DNA of 64,000 nt from Trichinella spiralis (taxonomy: Eukaryota), in NCBI RefSeq assembly GCF_000181795.1, contig NW_003526943.1:808487-872486 (forward strand), in the 5' to 3' direction. Both the position numbers and the translations under genes were made by a program. Shown here in pieces: positions 1 to 23,258 of the stretch. Every line of letters starts with the position of its first letter. The first letter of the stretch is position 1. The notes under the pieces are model-generated. The model was not told the DNA's origin and did not search any database. It worked only from the letters and a program-made list of their open reading frames with translations.

Positions 1-904
1 GGAGTATTCAGTTGCGTGTTAATTGAAATATTTTTAGAATGTTCAATGCCAGTTGAAGTAATGGCTTCTCTTTTGACGACTGCATGCATGCATATGATTA
101 GTTTTAAATTGTAGTACTGCGATTACGGACCTTGTCCGGAAAAATGTCGAGAATGGTTGCGTGATAATCTACCAAAATCATTCGAAGAAATGACTGTTAA
201 AAATACCGATTCTGACGCAAGTATGTTAATTTTTGTTTTTTACTGTTCTTTATATTTTCATTTTTTATTTTCAGCCACTGTTACTGAAGAGAAAAAACGA
301 CAAAAACGAGGGGGTAAAGGAATGGCAAAAGTCAAGAAGAACACCAGTGCTCAACCTGTAACTTTAGCAACTTCATCACGTGGCAAAAACAAGTTCGTTA
401 CCATTGTCAGTGGATTATCTTCATACGGTGAGATATTGATTTTTTAATATGTAAAAATATATTGTTACCTTTTTAATATGAAGTTGTACCTTTCAGATAT
501 AAATTTGAAAGTTGCTTCTAAAGTGTTCTCTCAGAAGTTTGCTTGCGGCTCTTCCGTAACTGGAGATGATGAAATTGTTATTCAAGGTGATGTCAAAGAT
601 GATTTGATGGATTTGATTTCTGAAAAATGGCCACAAGTAAGTCTTTTTTTAAAAAGTTAATTTTTACATGCTATTATTGTCCATTTCTGTATGCATGCTA
701 TTTTTATTTACATGCTCTTGCGAAGGCTTCAAAATTTAATTGCTTAATTTCATGAAATTATATGTTGCATTATGTATAGCGTTTTGAAAATTCTGTTTTT
801 ATGGTTCAATGTGACGTTTGATTTGTTGTAATGATTGAAAATAATTTTTTTATAAACAGATAGATCAAGACGCGATCGAAGATATTGGTGAAGCGAGACG
901 TTGA
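1..904 (+). CDS. DENR: Density-regulated protein (DENR/Tma22, SUI1 domain); 5' end lies before the window
   Basis: Exons ~39-57, 115-220, 275-428, 497-636 and 860-904 splice to CSMPVEYCDYGP...[10 protein letters not shown]...[14 protein letters not shown]...[29 protein letters not shown]...[15 protein letters not shown]-terminal Cys motif plus SUI1 domain are typical of DENR; AATAAA at ~974. Confidence 0.93.
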
Positions 905-2580
905 GCTTCTTTGTTTCCTCGGTTCCTCTGATGCAGTCAATATGTACTAAGGAGTTCAACATAATTTCATGCACACAGATCATTTATGTTGAAATAAATG
1001 AAATTAGTCTTGAATTTTGCCAAGTTATTTTTTCATACATCTCAACAAAATAAATTGTTTATAAAATACTAAAAAAACTACATATGCACTATATGATGAA
1101 GGTGATAAAAAAGAGACTGATATTTTATAACAATTCAAAGTTTAAATGCCGAATATCAAAGATATATATATAAATATACATCTAAAGTTTTATTTAATAA
1201 ACAAGAGCAATAATGCCAGCAGCATCAGTAGTAGTACACTTTCATTGTATCTATAGGTAACTGTTCGGCAAACTGTCATTCCAATTCTATGAAATGTAAC
1301 AGCGTGTAACATGATTATTTAAACTTTTTCTGTCTAATTCACTGCAAACGTTTTCCATAAGCTGAACTATGATATTGTATGATAATGCAAAAAATGAACA
1401 TATATTATTATATACATTTCATAAAAATAGAATATTTTGAAAGGAAAAAGACGTATGTCTATATATATATGTATATATAACAAATGCAAAAGACAAAAAA
1501 AATTTCACTGAGTAAATGATCGAAAAAATAAATTATACAGAATGGTTTCAGCATGAAAAATATTTTATAAGTCGTCAAGTGACTTATAACTTTGTCAGTG
1601 TTGTGTGAAAAAAAATATTTTTTAATGCAAAGTAAAATATTAATTTTCTATTATTACTAGCCAGTATCAGAGATATTGAAAGAACAATCTAGTCGTTAAA
1701 TAGACAATAATATTAGTGAAAGCTAACTAACTATGAAACGATTAAATTCCATGGATCTGGTGTGTGATCAACGTAGTCAGTCAGCTGCATGAATGATTGG
1801 TTGGTTGTACGTGTAGTATAGCGAGAATCATTAGTGGAAGTTGTGGTCATTGCCGTTTTTTCTCCATGGAAATAGGTCCAGCTACAAAAGAATAATTTTG
1901 CAGCTTTCGCAATTCACGCAAAATCTGCATAATAAAACTTTAAATGAACACGCACATTCCATTACGCACATACACGCATATGCACGTAATATTTAATGTA
2001 TATGCATGCTTTGTTAATCATTCATGTACTTATTATTATGTCTGTATATGTGTTTCTGTGTACTTGCTTTCTATCCTAAGAGAAAACATACTTCTAAAAG
2101 GAAAAATGAAAAATATTTTAATAATTAATAATAACAAGCAGGGCATTAAAAAAAGTCACAGACAATATCACTGCGTTAAGATGGAAACTGGGCAAAACAA
2201 AGTACACTGATTTTTGAAGAACAAAAATTTCAAGTTTGCTAATTTTAAACAGATATAAATAAATATGTATGACCGTCAACTGCCTGTACTGAATTGAATT
2301 GAATTGAATTGAATAATCAGATTGAATAAATAGACAGTAATTACAAATGGAAACATACTCTCTCCCATGCGTCCTGCATAAAAATAGAATTTGAAAAACG
2401 GAACAGAAGAAAAAAGAGAATAAAGAACAAGATAAGAAACGAATGGATTAAAAAAAATATTTATAGCACACTTTGGAAAGAACTGAAAAAATGAATATGA
2501 TTAATATATTTCCGAGTTATTATACCCAGAGGATAAATCAGTTGACAATAACCAACCAATCAATGAAAAAATAGGGTGAA

Positions 2581-2645
2581 ACACAAACACACACACACAC
2601 ACAAACAAACAAACAAACACAAACAAACAAACAAACAAACCAATC
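2581..2645. repeat. (CA)n/(CAAA)n microsatellite
   Basis: Direct reading of the sequence; reads as UG/UUUG-rich on the SERCA transcript strand. A (GAATT)n run lies at ~2290-2314. Confidence 0.9.
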
Positions 2646-2851
2646 AACCAGAAAAGCTGAAAACATAAAATACCAAATACCTTAACCAAATCTGGACAAA
2701 AAATTATTAATATAATGATCATGCAATGAAAAATGAAACCTGAGCAGGCAAATACAGCAGCTGCAGTGAGTAAAAAAACAAAGGGATCATCATCATCATC
2801 GTCACATTATTATCATCAACAACAACAACAAAAAAGCAAATAATAATAAAT

Positions 2852-11630
<8,779 letters not shown>

Positions 11631-13757
11631 AATTTTAACGAATCTTCAATCTTTCTTTGTTTAAAATTTATATAATCCTACAGACGCCAGCTTCAACTAC
11701 ACAGCTGGCGTTCGCTTTTCCTTTTTCACCGGACAAAATCTTGTACTTCGTTAAACTGGTGCTAAAATACTGACAAAGAAATAAATTCTGGAAATGAAAC
11801 AGTAGGTAAACGCGTTAGAAAAGCACAACACCCAGTGTTTTCAACTATTATAAAATCGACTAATAATAAGAATTTATTACAGGAACACCCTTCCTTCCGT
11901 CAATTAAAATCAAAAAGGACGGTGACAATTTTTCACTACCAACTCTCAGTTGTACAATCAACAACAATAATAAATAATAAGCAACGCAACGCGCTATCTT
12001 ATCAATGTAGAGCAGTGTTTAAACATTAAACAAACCTTAGAGAGTGGATACAAGCCGCACAACAAGGTCAAAGCAGGCAAAGTTGATAAGAAAGTTGAAG
12101 AAAAAGCTAATCAGTGAAAACATGCAAACTTTAATGCTGCGCAATAATCATCAAGCTGAAGCAACTTAATCCAGCCACCTGGTGGCAACCAGTCTCGACA
12201 GCTGGTTAACGACGCTTCTATGCTGACGTGTTTAATCAGACAAACTCACTATTAACTGATAAATGACACCGTACCTACCTGACACTGTGCTGTGTAAAAA
12301 GTATACAAATGCTTAAACTAAAAGAAGTTGAAATGTTAAAAACCGGAAAAATATTTTACATCCAGTAGCTAGTAGTTCAAAGATAAAACTTTGTGCTAAA
12401 AGAGCAATCATGTAACGCACCACATACAGATACCGTAAAATAATAAGCAAGTTTTTATCGTACTGTAAATCTGTTTTTAAATAAGTTTATTTCTTCTTGA
12501 TATTAAAAAACTTTTAATTAATTTAATAATTTTAATTGTCAAAAAAATTATTTTTTACTGCATAATATATAACTATAAAGCTTTGAAAATAGTTAATTAT
12601 TAAAATATAATTACTATTAATAAATAAGCATGCAGCTGTTGCGGTAACATCTTTATATACATTACAAATTTAAGGCGTGTTATAAACTGTAGATACAAAA
12701 TTTGTAAAATATAAAGTTGAGCAAATTGAAATTGCAACGCATATTATAAATAAACATTACTGAGAAGAATAAAAGCTCTCCAATTTATTTCATGATAAAT
12801 TTTATTGCTTCAAATAATATTTTCTGATTGAACTTTGAGAAATATTACAGTAATCTAATTTTTGAAATATTACTGTTAGAAGTGATTTATATTATAAATG
12901 TCCTTATAAAAATAATTTTAAAATTATTTTAAAATTAATTATCCTATTTAGATGAAAATAAAATATTTCATTTCATTTCTTTATTGCATGAAACGTGTAT
13001 TTCAATCTGTGTGATTCATCGGCATTTTATCGTCAATTAATTGTATTTTTTTAAAATAAATGTTTAACTTTAAATTAATTTGCAAAATTTTGTTAGATAT
13101 TTCGAAAATTTACTTCTCCTAAATTTCTTAATAAGATAAGGAAAAGCCTATTCAAAAATAAAACTTACTTATCAATTCTTTAGTATCAAAATTTTACGAG
13201 ATGGTGTAATGCCTGTTTTGTATTCTTTTAAAATTACATTATTTATGTATTTTTTTACTTTTATTTTATATCTTCGTAAAAACAGAAGTTCCAAAATCTG
13301 AAAATATTTTCCAGAATTGTTTGAACATTGATAAAGCATAGCAAAGTTAATTCATATGGCAGTACCTTGATCCATTACTGTTTATATTTCTTTTCAAGTT
13401 GTTATATATTACTTTTATCTTTAGAAGATGATTTTTTTGAGTAATGCTGGTAACTAGTTTTTAATGGTTTTTGCATCATTGACACTACATATGGTATTAA
13501 TTGCTTTATAACTTTACGCAATTCTTATTTGTATAACGTTTTTTCGTTTACTGTTTGATTTGATACTTTGCTTATGCGTGGTATCTTCTTGTTTGTTGTA
13601 TACAATTTTGAGACAAATCTTTATACGGTTACATTGTGTTTTTTAGTTATTTTTTAAATTATCATTAGCTGTACGTTTCGTTGTATTTGCAAGTGATAAT
13701 TTATCCTGTTGTGTTTTGTTTACCTGAAACAGTTTTCAGTGGTTTTCAAAAGCGGAA

Positions 13758-16228
13758 ATGATTTCAGAAGAGATGTAAGTAACTGTTTTCATAATTATGT
13801 GAAATAATTGATAAATGTAAATTATGATGGATCTCTTAGAAAAATTTTACATAATTTTAATTGCAGGTATTACGTTTTTGTTTTAGAAATGAAATTATGC
13901 TATGTTGAAAAGTTTATCAAACTAATTATTAATAAATAAGCATTTATTATTTTAGTAAATTATGGTAAATATTTTTAGTGTGCAAGAAATTGAAGTTATT
14001 GAACTTGACAACTGGGAACACGATGTGAACACTTCTGAGAGCAGAAACGGGTAAGTTTTTATTTTGGCTTTTGATATTTATTTAGTGTGTTTCTTTAGCA
14101 ATTCAGAACTATCTGTTTCGACCGCAGATGTTACAGATAATTTATTCGTGGTTGATAAAACGCCTCAGGCGATAAATTTGGATGAAGTTCCGGCAGTAGA
14201 TGGTGGAGGGTTGTTGAACGAGTAATGTTTTACTGTGATATAGAAATTCGTTTGCACTGTCATTTAAATAATTTTCGTTTTTGAAGGAATGTATTGGACT
14301 TTTACTGTGAAAAAAATGAGAAGAATGACAGTCGATCTGAAATTGAGGGGTTTTTAAATTTTAATTTACCGTTTTAATAGTAATTTGAATTTTAATGCCC
14401 ATTTCCATTGTTATTTAGTGCATTTTCAATGAGAGCTTGCTTCAATTGCGGCGAGAACACTCATAAATTGGATAGCTGCCCATATCCATATGACGCCGAA
14501 AGAGTTCAGAAAATGAAATCGGCGTTTTTCAATCGTGCGAATGAATTGTATGTATGCTTTTTGTTTAAAATTATATACTGAACTTTCACATTTTTTAGCA
14601 ATTTTAATATGCCGAATAAATTTCTTTCCTACAAGCCAGGAATATTTAGGTATGCAATATTTTACCTATTTATATTTTTATTGGTAGTATATTTTCTTTT
14701 TATTTTAGTCATTCTCTCCAGCAAGCGTTGGATATGCGCGACGACCAGTTACCTCCTTATATTTATGGAATGCGTTTATATGGCTATCCACCAGGTTATT
14801 GGAAATGCTTGGTGGAAGAAAAGCGAAAACTATCGTTTGTTAATGGTAATGAATTTAATTCAAGTATTATGTTTTATCATTTTCATCACTTTAAGAGAAT
14901 GGCACAGTAGCTAGCGAAAATATTGGTAAGACTGAAATGCAAAATTGAATTTGTTCTACATAAATATTCGTAGAAACTTTTGATGTGGATTCCGTCATTA
15001 AATATCCTGGTTTTACTACTGCTACACCACTGGGAGTTGTTGACGTAAGAATGTTATATTTTCTGTGTCTTTTTGTTACATTACAATGTAAATTTAAATG
15101 TATTGAAAGTAGGAGAGTATAATAAACTCTTGTATTGAAATTTCAGTCCAGATGAGAATTAATGATTATGTAATTTCAAGTTTATTTACAAGTAATTTGT
15201 GTTTTCTTAGGAAGTGCTCAATAAAGATTTTATGTATATATGTATTTGAAATCAGTGTTTAATTGTTATTATAATTTTACAGTTGTCATTTGAATTGCTT
15301 TATTTATTTCTGAAATTTTTTAATTTAGGAAAGTTCAAAGTATGATTTACCGAAGGCTCAGCGAAAACATCATTGGAAGGTAATTGCAGTTGATGCTGAA
15401 CGCGAATATTACAAAAATAGTAAAAGAATTCAACAAAATGAAAAAAAGTCAGCTACAAAAAGAAGTATGCAGATTGCATTATAATTTGAATATTTTTAAA
15501 TATAAATTGAAAAAAATTTCAATTTTAAAATGACAGTTTAAATTGATTGCAACAGCCATTATATAATTAATTGTTTGCATTAATTTGGGAAAAATTATCA
15601 GAATATACAAGTGAATCTGATGTGATCGATTTGACCGGAGATGAAGATGGTAAGGATGCTGTCGACCAACGCAACATGTCTTTGGAAGAATTGGAGGAAG
15701 TTCGAAATGTGATATTGAAAAAATTGGAAACAGATTTTCCTGAAACTGATCGAAAAACAGCAAGCGTGAACGATTGTTCGGTTACTTTTTCAGGTAAAAA
15801 TGCACATTTTTAAATTGCACTGTACAGCATATTTTATTTATTTATTGTAATAAAAAAAATTTTTTAAATAACTTTTTAGATGTCGAAGGACAATATGAAA
15901 TGGGACCCTCGACTAGCTCAGCTACTTTTTCGCTTTCATCAGATCTCAGTAAGTATTCTTTTTGTGACGGTTAGTTAATGGTATGTTAATTTGAATATAA
16001 ATGCTCATTTTAGACAACTCTGAAAGCTCGATAAAATCCACCGTAGGAACTCCTGCTATGTGTCACAGCTTCGATTACAGTTTTGAAAAACCATCTTTTG
16101 ACAAATTTGCCATCGATATTCAACCGATCATTTTACCAGAGTCTATTCCATCTTCTCAGTCTATGAAATTTAAATCTATCGTCGAACAGTTGAAATCCCG
16201 AAAGGATGATTTGCATTTGATTACTTAA
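13758..16228 (+). CDS. ZCCHC8: ZCCHC8-like zinc-knuckle + PSP domain protein (NEXT complex subunit)
   Basis: Multi-exon. Contains FVVDKTP, CCHC knuckle RACFNCGENTHKLDSCP (~14432-14480), PSP domain YKPGIFS...LQQALDMRDDQLPPYIYGMRLYGYPPGYW, then IKYPGF, GTP and KPSFDKFA. Start ATG at 13758 is tentative. Confidence 0.85.
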
Positions 16229-16591
16229 TTCGATTGTCAAGAGTTATTATTATTTCTTTTTCATTACTGTTTTAAACTCATTCTTATTATTATTGTATTA
16301 TTTGTTCAATTATTTATTTATTATTGGTTTTCTCGTTTTTTTTCATTTCTTTTAAAATTCCATTACCGTCATCATGATGATCCTTTTACTAAAAAATTAA
16401 AAATAAAACCTTGAAATGAGATAATTTAATGATAACGTTTTCCCATAACCACAATTTTTCTTTTAAAAAGCAATTTTTAAGATGAACCAGCGTGCATTGC
16501 TGTTTGCTGCATTTATAAAAGCTTTTTTTCTTCGTGCAATAAATACTACTTTTGTTGAAAACCGTCGTCAACCGGAGGAGCAGTTCATCAC

Positions 16592-17874
<1,283 letters not shown>

Positions 17875-19112
17875 TTAAACCCAAACTAACAGTTCAACAG
17901 GATTGTCTGATATTTATGCAATGCCTACAACATCGTCAAACGATTTTAAACTATCAGATGCCCTAAACAAACAAATAGAGCAACGTGTACATGTTTTTGA
18001 TGTGCAGGTGCTTTAATAACTTACTGTATCGCATTACAGTACATTATAAATAAATATTATAAACAAATTATAAGCAACTTATTCATCGTCGAATATTATT
18101 TGAAATTATTCTTACTGAAAACTGCATTATCAGTTATCGCTAATGAAACAAATTCCTGTTATCTTTATGAAACTAAAATACACGATTCAACAAAACTTTT
18201 TTTAATCCTACTTCTTAAATATAGTACTTAGAAGGTATTTTCTTTATTCCTTTCCTACTAAACAGTTTATACAGCTCGTGCAAGCTGCTCATATGAAGTT
18301 ACACTTTCCTTCAAAAGTTATTTTTAAACGCACACGAAACGCATACTTTAAAGATCACCTTTAGCAAAAAATGAATACCACATGCTCAACAAATTAAATT
18401 ATAAATTACATGCTAAATTAAATGCTAAATAATACAAAAATTTTTAAGTAAACAGATACGACAAATACCGCAAAAGAATCGTTGATTGTTCCACTAGAGT
18501 TGATTAATCGACAGATATTTTTGGATTTCTATTGAAGATCGTTGTTAGTGTTTGAATAAACTTCAATTCGCAGTGTTTACTTATCACAGCACGCACTATA
18601 AACAGAAATTTATTTCTCTGCGTGGTATAAAATACCGTCAATTTCATTTCTTGACCCCCTTTCATTCTGGAATCTGTCTTACTGTAAAAAATGAATAATT
18701 TAACTGTATTTTTAAAAATAACAAGCAAGCGTATTTTCAACTGTTTAAGATACTGAACACATTGAAATTTAAATTAATCCTTCGCATTTTTTATTGCATT
18801 GGTTAATACATTTTTCTGATACATAAAAAAAATATAGCCTGCATATAGACAGTTATACGTGAAATAAAATTATTTTAGAATGAGCATAATTTTAATTTAG
18901 TTACAAGATTATTAATATTATTTATTACTATCATTTATGTAATATATCTGTAAGCAGAGAAAGATTTTATAATTAGACTGCATTAAAAAAATTTTTAATA
19001 TATTCTGCCTCACAATAATTAATACATGAAAATCATTAACAACTGTATTATACCGCGTTTTTCACCTCTTTGAATATTTACTATTGTTGAATTTTTATTT
19101 TAAGTGACACAG

Positions 19113-19826
19113 ATGAACTTGGCTGTTGGTGGAGCAGATATCAGCTTTCCCTTTTCTCCTTATCCTTCTCAACGTGCTATTATGGATAGAGTAAGTTCTG
19201 TGGACAAGAGCTATAATGAAACTATTTTAAAGCGCTATTTTATGTGAAAAAATTGATAATGTTAGCATAATCATATCATATGGTTAAATTTTAAAGAAAT
19301 GCCATTACATATATGCGTCTGAAACAATTTAATGAAATTTTTAAACACTAAATGTCATATTAAATTATTTTATTGTATTTGAAAATTATCTGGAGTTTAA
19401 AAAATGTTTTTGAAATTATTGATTTTTTTAATTAAATTAAAATTGCTTTATTATCAACTTAACTGTGAAGAATTTATATCACTGTAAAATTTTAGAACTG
19501 CTTCGTGAAAAATGTCATTTTAACTTTTATTTCTTATATTTTAGACTCTAAGAGCTCTTAAACATTCGAATAATTGTCTCATTGAAAGTCCCACAGGCAC
19601 TGGTAAAAGTCTTGCTTTATTATGTTCGGCGTTAGCTTGGCAGAAAAAGTTTTTGGGTAATAGAAGTTTTTCAACATTTTCTTCTACAACTCAACTTTAT
19701 AGAGAGCATGAATGATATAAAAATTGATAAAAGCCCACAGCCACAGAGTTGCAAAGTGATGACAAATCTTACCTCTAATTTTGAAGATTCATTTGAAGGT
19801 TTTAAAATTTTACTCTGATTAAACAG

Positions 19827-19863
<37 letters not shown>

Positions 19864-22582
19864 GCTTCTGTTGACAGACACCAACGATTTCTCTTCTCCC
19901 CCTCGGAAAAAGTATTCCACTAATGTGTGTAAAATGGTAAATTCTGTCAATTCGATCATAAAACTGAAATTGTTTTTGTGATTTATTTTCAATATTCATT
20001 GAATTCAATTGAAAATATTTTTAGGATCTTTATGAATCATCTTTTGAAGATGAATATTGTTTGGATGGAGCACAGAATGATGGGCCATGTTTGAAAAGCA
20101 AATCTTGCCCGAAAATTTTTTATGCAGCTAGGACGCACAAACAGCTTGCTCAGATGGTCCGAGAACTGAAGAAAACACACTATCAAAATGTGAAGTATGT
20201 CTTGGCCGTGGTATTCGTTTCAAATTATCAAATTGCTAAATTGTTTTAAGAATGACAATTATGGCTAGCCGCGAATTTACATGCCTTAATCCTAACGTCT
20301 GCCAAGAAGTTGATAAATCTGCAGCTTGTCAAAAATTATTATTGGACCACAAAGTAAGTTGCAACGTTAAGTGCATATAGTTCTCTAATATTACTTTATC
20401 ATATTGAGTATTTAGAATGGTGGTTGTATTTTTATGAGAAATTTAAAAAAGTACGATCGCAATATTTCCGGTCTAAGGAAGCTTTTATACTATTCAATTA
20501 AGCGTAAATCATTGGAAGAAACAACTGATTCAGGTTTTGCTTGGGACATAGAAGACATTATGCAATTAGGAGAATGTCATACAATTTGTCCATATTTTGC
20601 CTGCATTGATATTCTAGCTCGTGATGCACAGTTGATCTTCTGCCCTTATAATTATTTAATCGGTGAAGCATATTTTATATTGTTATTACTATTTTCTTAT
20701 TTTAATTCAATTTTGAATATTTAGACCCAATGATAAGAGATACTTTACAGATTAGCCTGAAAGGGCAAATTATTATTTTCGATGAAGCTCATAACATGGA
20801 GGATATTTGTCGCGAAGCATCAAGTTTCGAAATTAAAAAAATGGAACTCGATATGGCTATTAACATTTTAACATTACTTGGTTTGTTGTTTTGATATTGC
20901 TTTATACGTTTTAATGAAAATTTGTTTAAGCTGAAAAATCAGATTTTATAAATGAAGTAGCAAAGCCATTTGTTTCTTATGCGAAAAATATTGTCGACTG
21001 GATAGAAAGAGAAAGTATTATAAAAAACATGACAGTTCAATCAGAGGGGCTTTACACAAAAATTTGGACAGGGGCAGATATGTATGTGCAGTTGCAAAGT
21101 ATGGGTTTGCAACGGGAAAGTATTGATGAGCTGAAAGTAAATTTATTTTTACGTTATAATTTGTTATTTTTAAGAAGTTTATTTTTAGACAGTTTTAAGT
21201 TGTTTACTAGAAGTTGATTCGAACAGTTCTCAAGGTACTGGTAAACATCGGGTAATTAATGATGATAAACTTTTGAATTGCATAAAGCCAATGGAAAAAT
21301 TACTTTATGCTCTTGATTATTTATATCGTGATTTTGACAATTATGGAGAGAAAAATTTTGGGTGCTACAGTTACAGGTCAGCATTTTAGCATTATTTTCT
21401 TACTTGTTACAATTTCTTTTGTTCACAGGATGTGCTTGAGAAAAGAGCGTTTGGAACTTTTGAAAAGCGATTCCAAAAACTTGAGGGTTTTAAAAAATGT
21501 TCATACTAATTTTACCATGGTTGATTCTATCAATTTTTGGTGCATGAATCCTGCTGTTGTGAGTCACTAATTGTTTTGTAATGATGAGTTATGTATTAAA
21601 TTATTATTTTATAGGCATTTGATGATGTCAGCTCGAAAACGAAGTCGGTCATTCTTGCGTCTGGAACATTGTCTCCTTTAAAATCTTATGCTACTGAGCT
21701 TGGTCTGCCATTTCAATTTTCTTTGGAAGCACCACATGTTGTACCACCAGAAAGGATGTGGATTGGGTCGATTGGGGTGGTAAGAATTTCCATTCTCATT
21801 TTTATCCTTAAATGATTTTTTGTAATTTTAAAAAGGGACCTAATGATATTCCCCTGAAAGCCACTTTCCAGCAAGCTGAATCTTTTGCTTTTCAAGACGA
21901 ACTAGCATCTCTTTTGACTGATGTATGTAACGTTGTACCCGGTGGTATTTTGTGTTTTATCCCATCGTACAGATTGCTGAACAAGCTTGTTAATCGTTGG
22001 AAACAAGTGCCTGGTTTATGGGATAGATTAAACGATTCCAAACAAGTCATTGTAGAACCCAAAGGAAGTGAACATTTGGAATCTGCATTGACCAGTTTTT
22101 ACTATGCCATCGAACATTCGACAGAAATCAATTCGAAATGCACTGGAGCGTTGTTGTTGGCTGTATACAGAGGCAAAATATCAGAAGGGATAGATTTTTC
22201 AGATAATTCGGCACGAGCTGTTATTGCCGTTGGAATACCATTTCCAAATTTGAAGAATATTCAAGTTCAATTGAAAAAGCAGTACAATAATACACGTTTG
22301 AAAAATGCCGTTGGATTAGGGGTTCAGCATTCTTTGATATCTGGTGACGAGTGGCTCGAAATTCAAGCATACAGAGCATTGAATCAAGCATTGGGACGTT
22401 GTTTGAGACACAAAATGGATTGGGGTGCATTGTTGTTGGTCGATTCTAGGTTCAACCAATCGAAGCATCTTTCTGGCTTGTCTACATGGATTCGGAGAAA
22501 TTTGTATCATTATTCCAAATTTTCAGAAATGTTAAGCTCTTTGCAAGAGTTTTCAAAGAAATTTGTTTCCATCAATTCTTAA
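19113..22582 (+). CDS. BRIP1: FANCJ/BRIP1 (DOG-1-like) Fe-S DEAH helicase
   Basis: FPFSPYPSQ (Q motif), [103 protein letters not shown] and ALNQALGRC favour FANCJ over RTEL1/XPD. Confidence 0.93.
19829..19860. repeat. (TA)n microsatellite in a FANCJ intron
   Basis: Pure TA run. Confidence 0.95.
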
Positions 22583-23258
22583 TTCGTCGTTCAATTTCAA
22601 TTTCGCTTTACCATGATTAAATTGCTATGTTTTATTGTTATTGTAATTTACAAATTATTTATATTACTCAGTTCTTAAAATAAAAATACATAATTATATT
22701 TTATTGTCAAATGGAATTTAAATTTCCAGAATGTTGTAATAAACTGCTTATTATGTTCATAATCATCGACTGAATACAGTGTATGTAGAAAATTTTCTGA
22801 AATTGCACAAAAGCATAAACTTGTCTGTCATCAATGGTGTTCTATGTTTTGGTTTATATTAAAAGTTGTGCTCCATTTAAAATAAACAGATGAATAAATT
22901 ATTAATATAATTTTAGAAAAAATTGAATTCTGATGAAAAGATGTATTTTCAATTTTTGAATGAAGTTAATATTATCAATAGACGTATTTTGCAGAACCAA
23001 CCGGAACAGCTTTTCTAAGATGACTAACAAACAGTGCTTGGTCAGGTCAAATGAAAGCGCATTGGATGTATTTGTTTTGTGCCAACTTTGCCACTCTGTT
23101 CCAGGCGTTTACAATCATCGACAAAACCTAGAAGCTAAACCATTTCTCTGCTTGACATTTTGCTTCTGTTGACAGCTCTACACGATCGAAGCTAATCAAC
23201 ACTGTGCAACGATTTTTCTATTTTAAAATCAGCTTTTCCTGAACAGGAAGTCAAAAAC

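Noticed and set aside
1944..2722. Hydrophobic short ORFs at the SERCA 3' end as regulin-like micropeptides
   Set aside because: Their hydrophobicity comes from translating microsatellite and AT-rich sequence; no sarcolamban-like motif.
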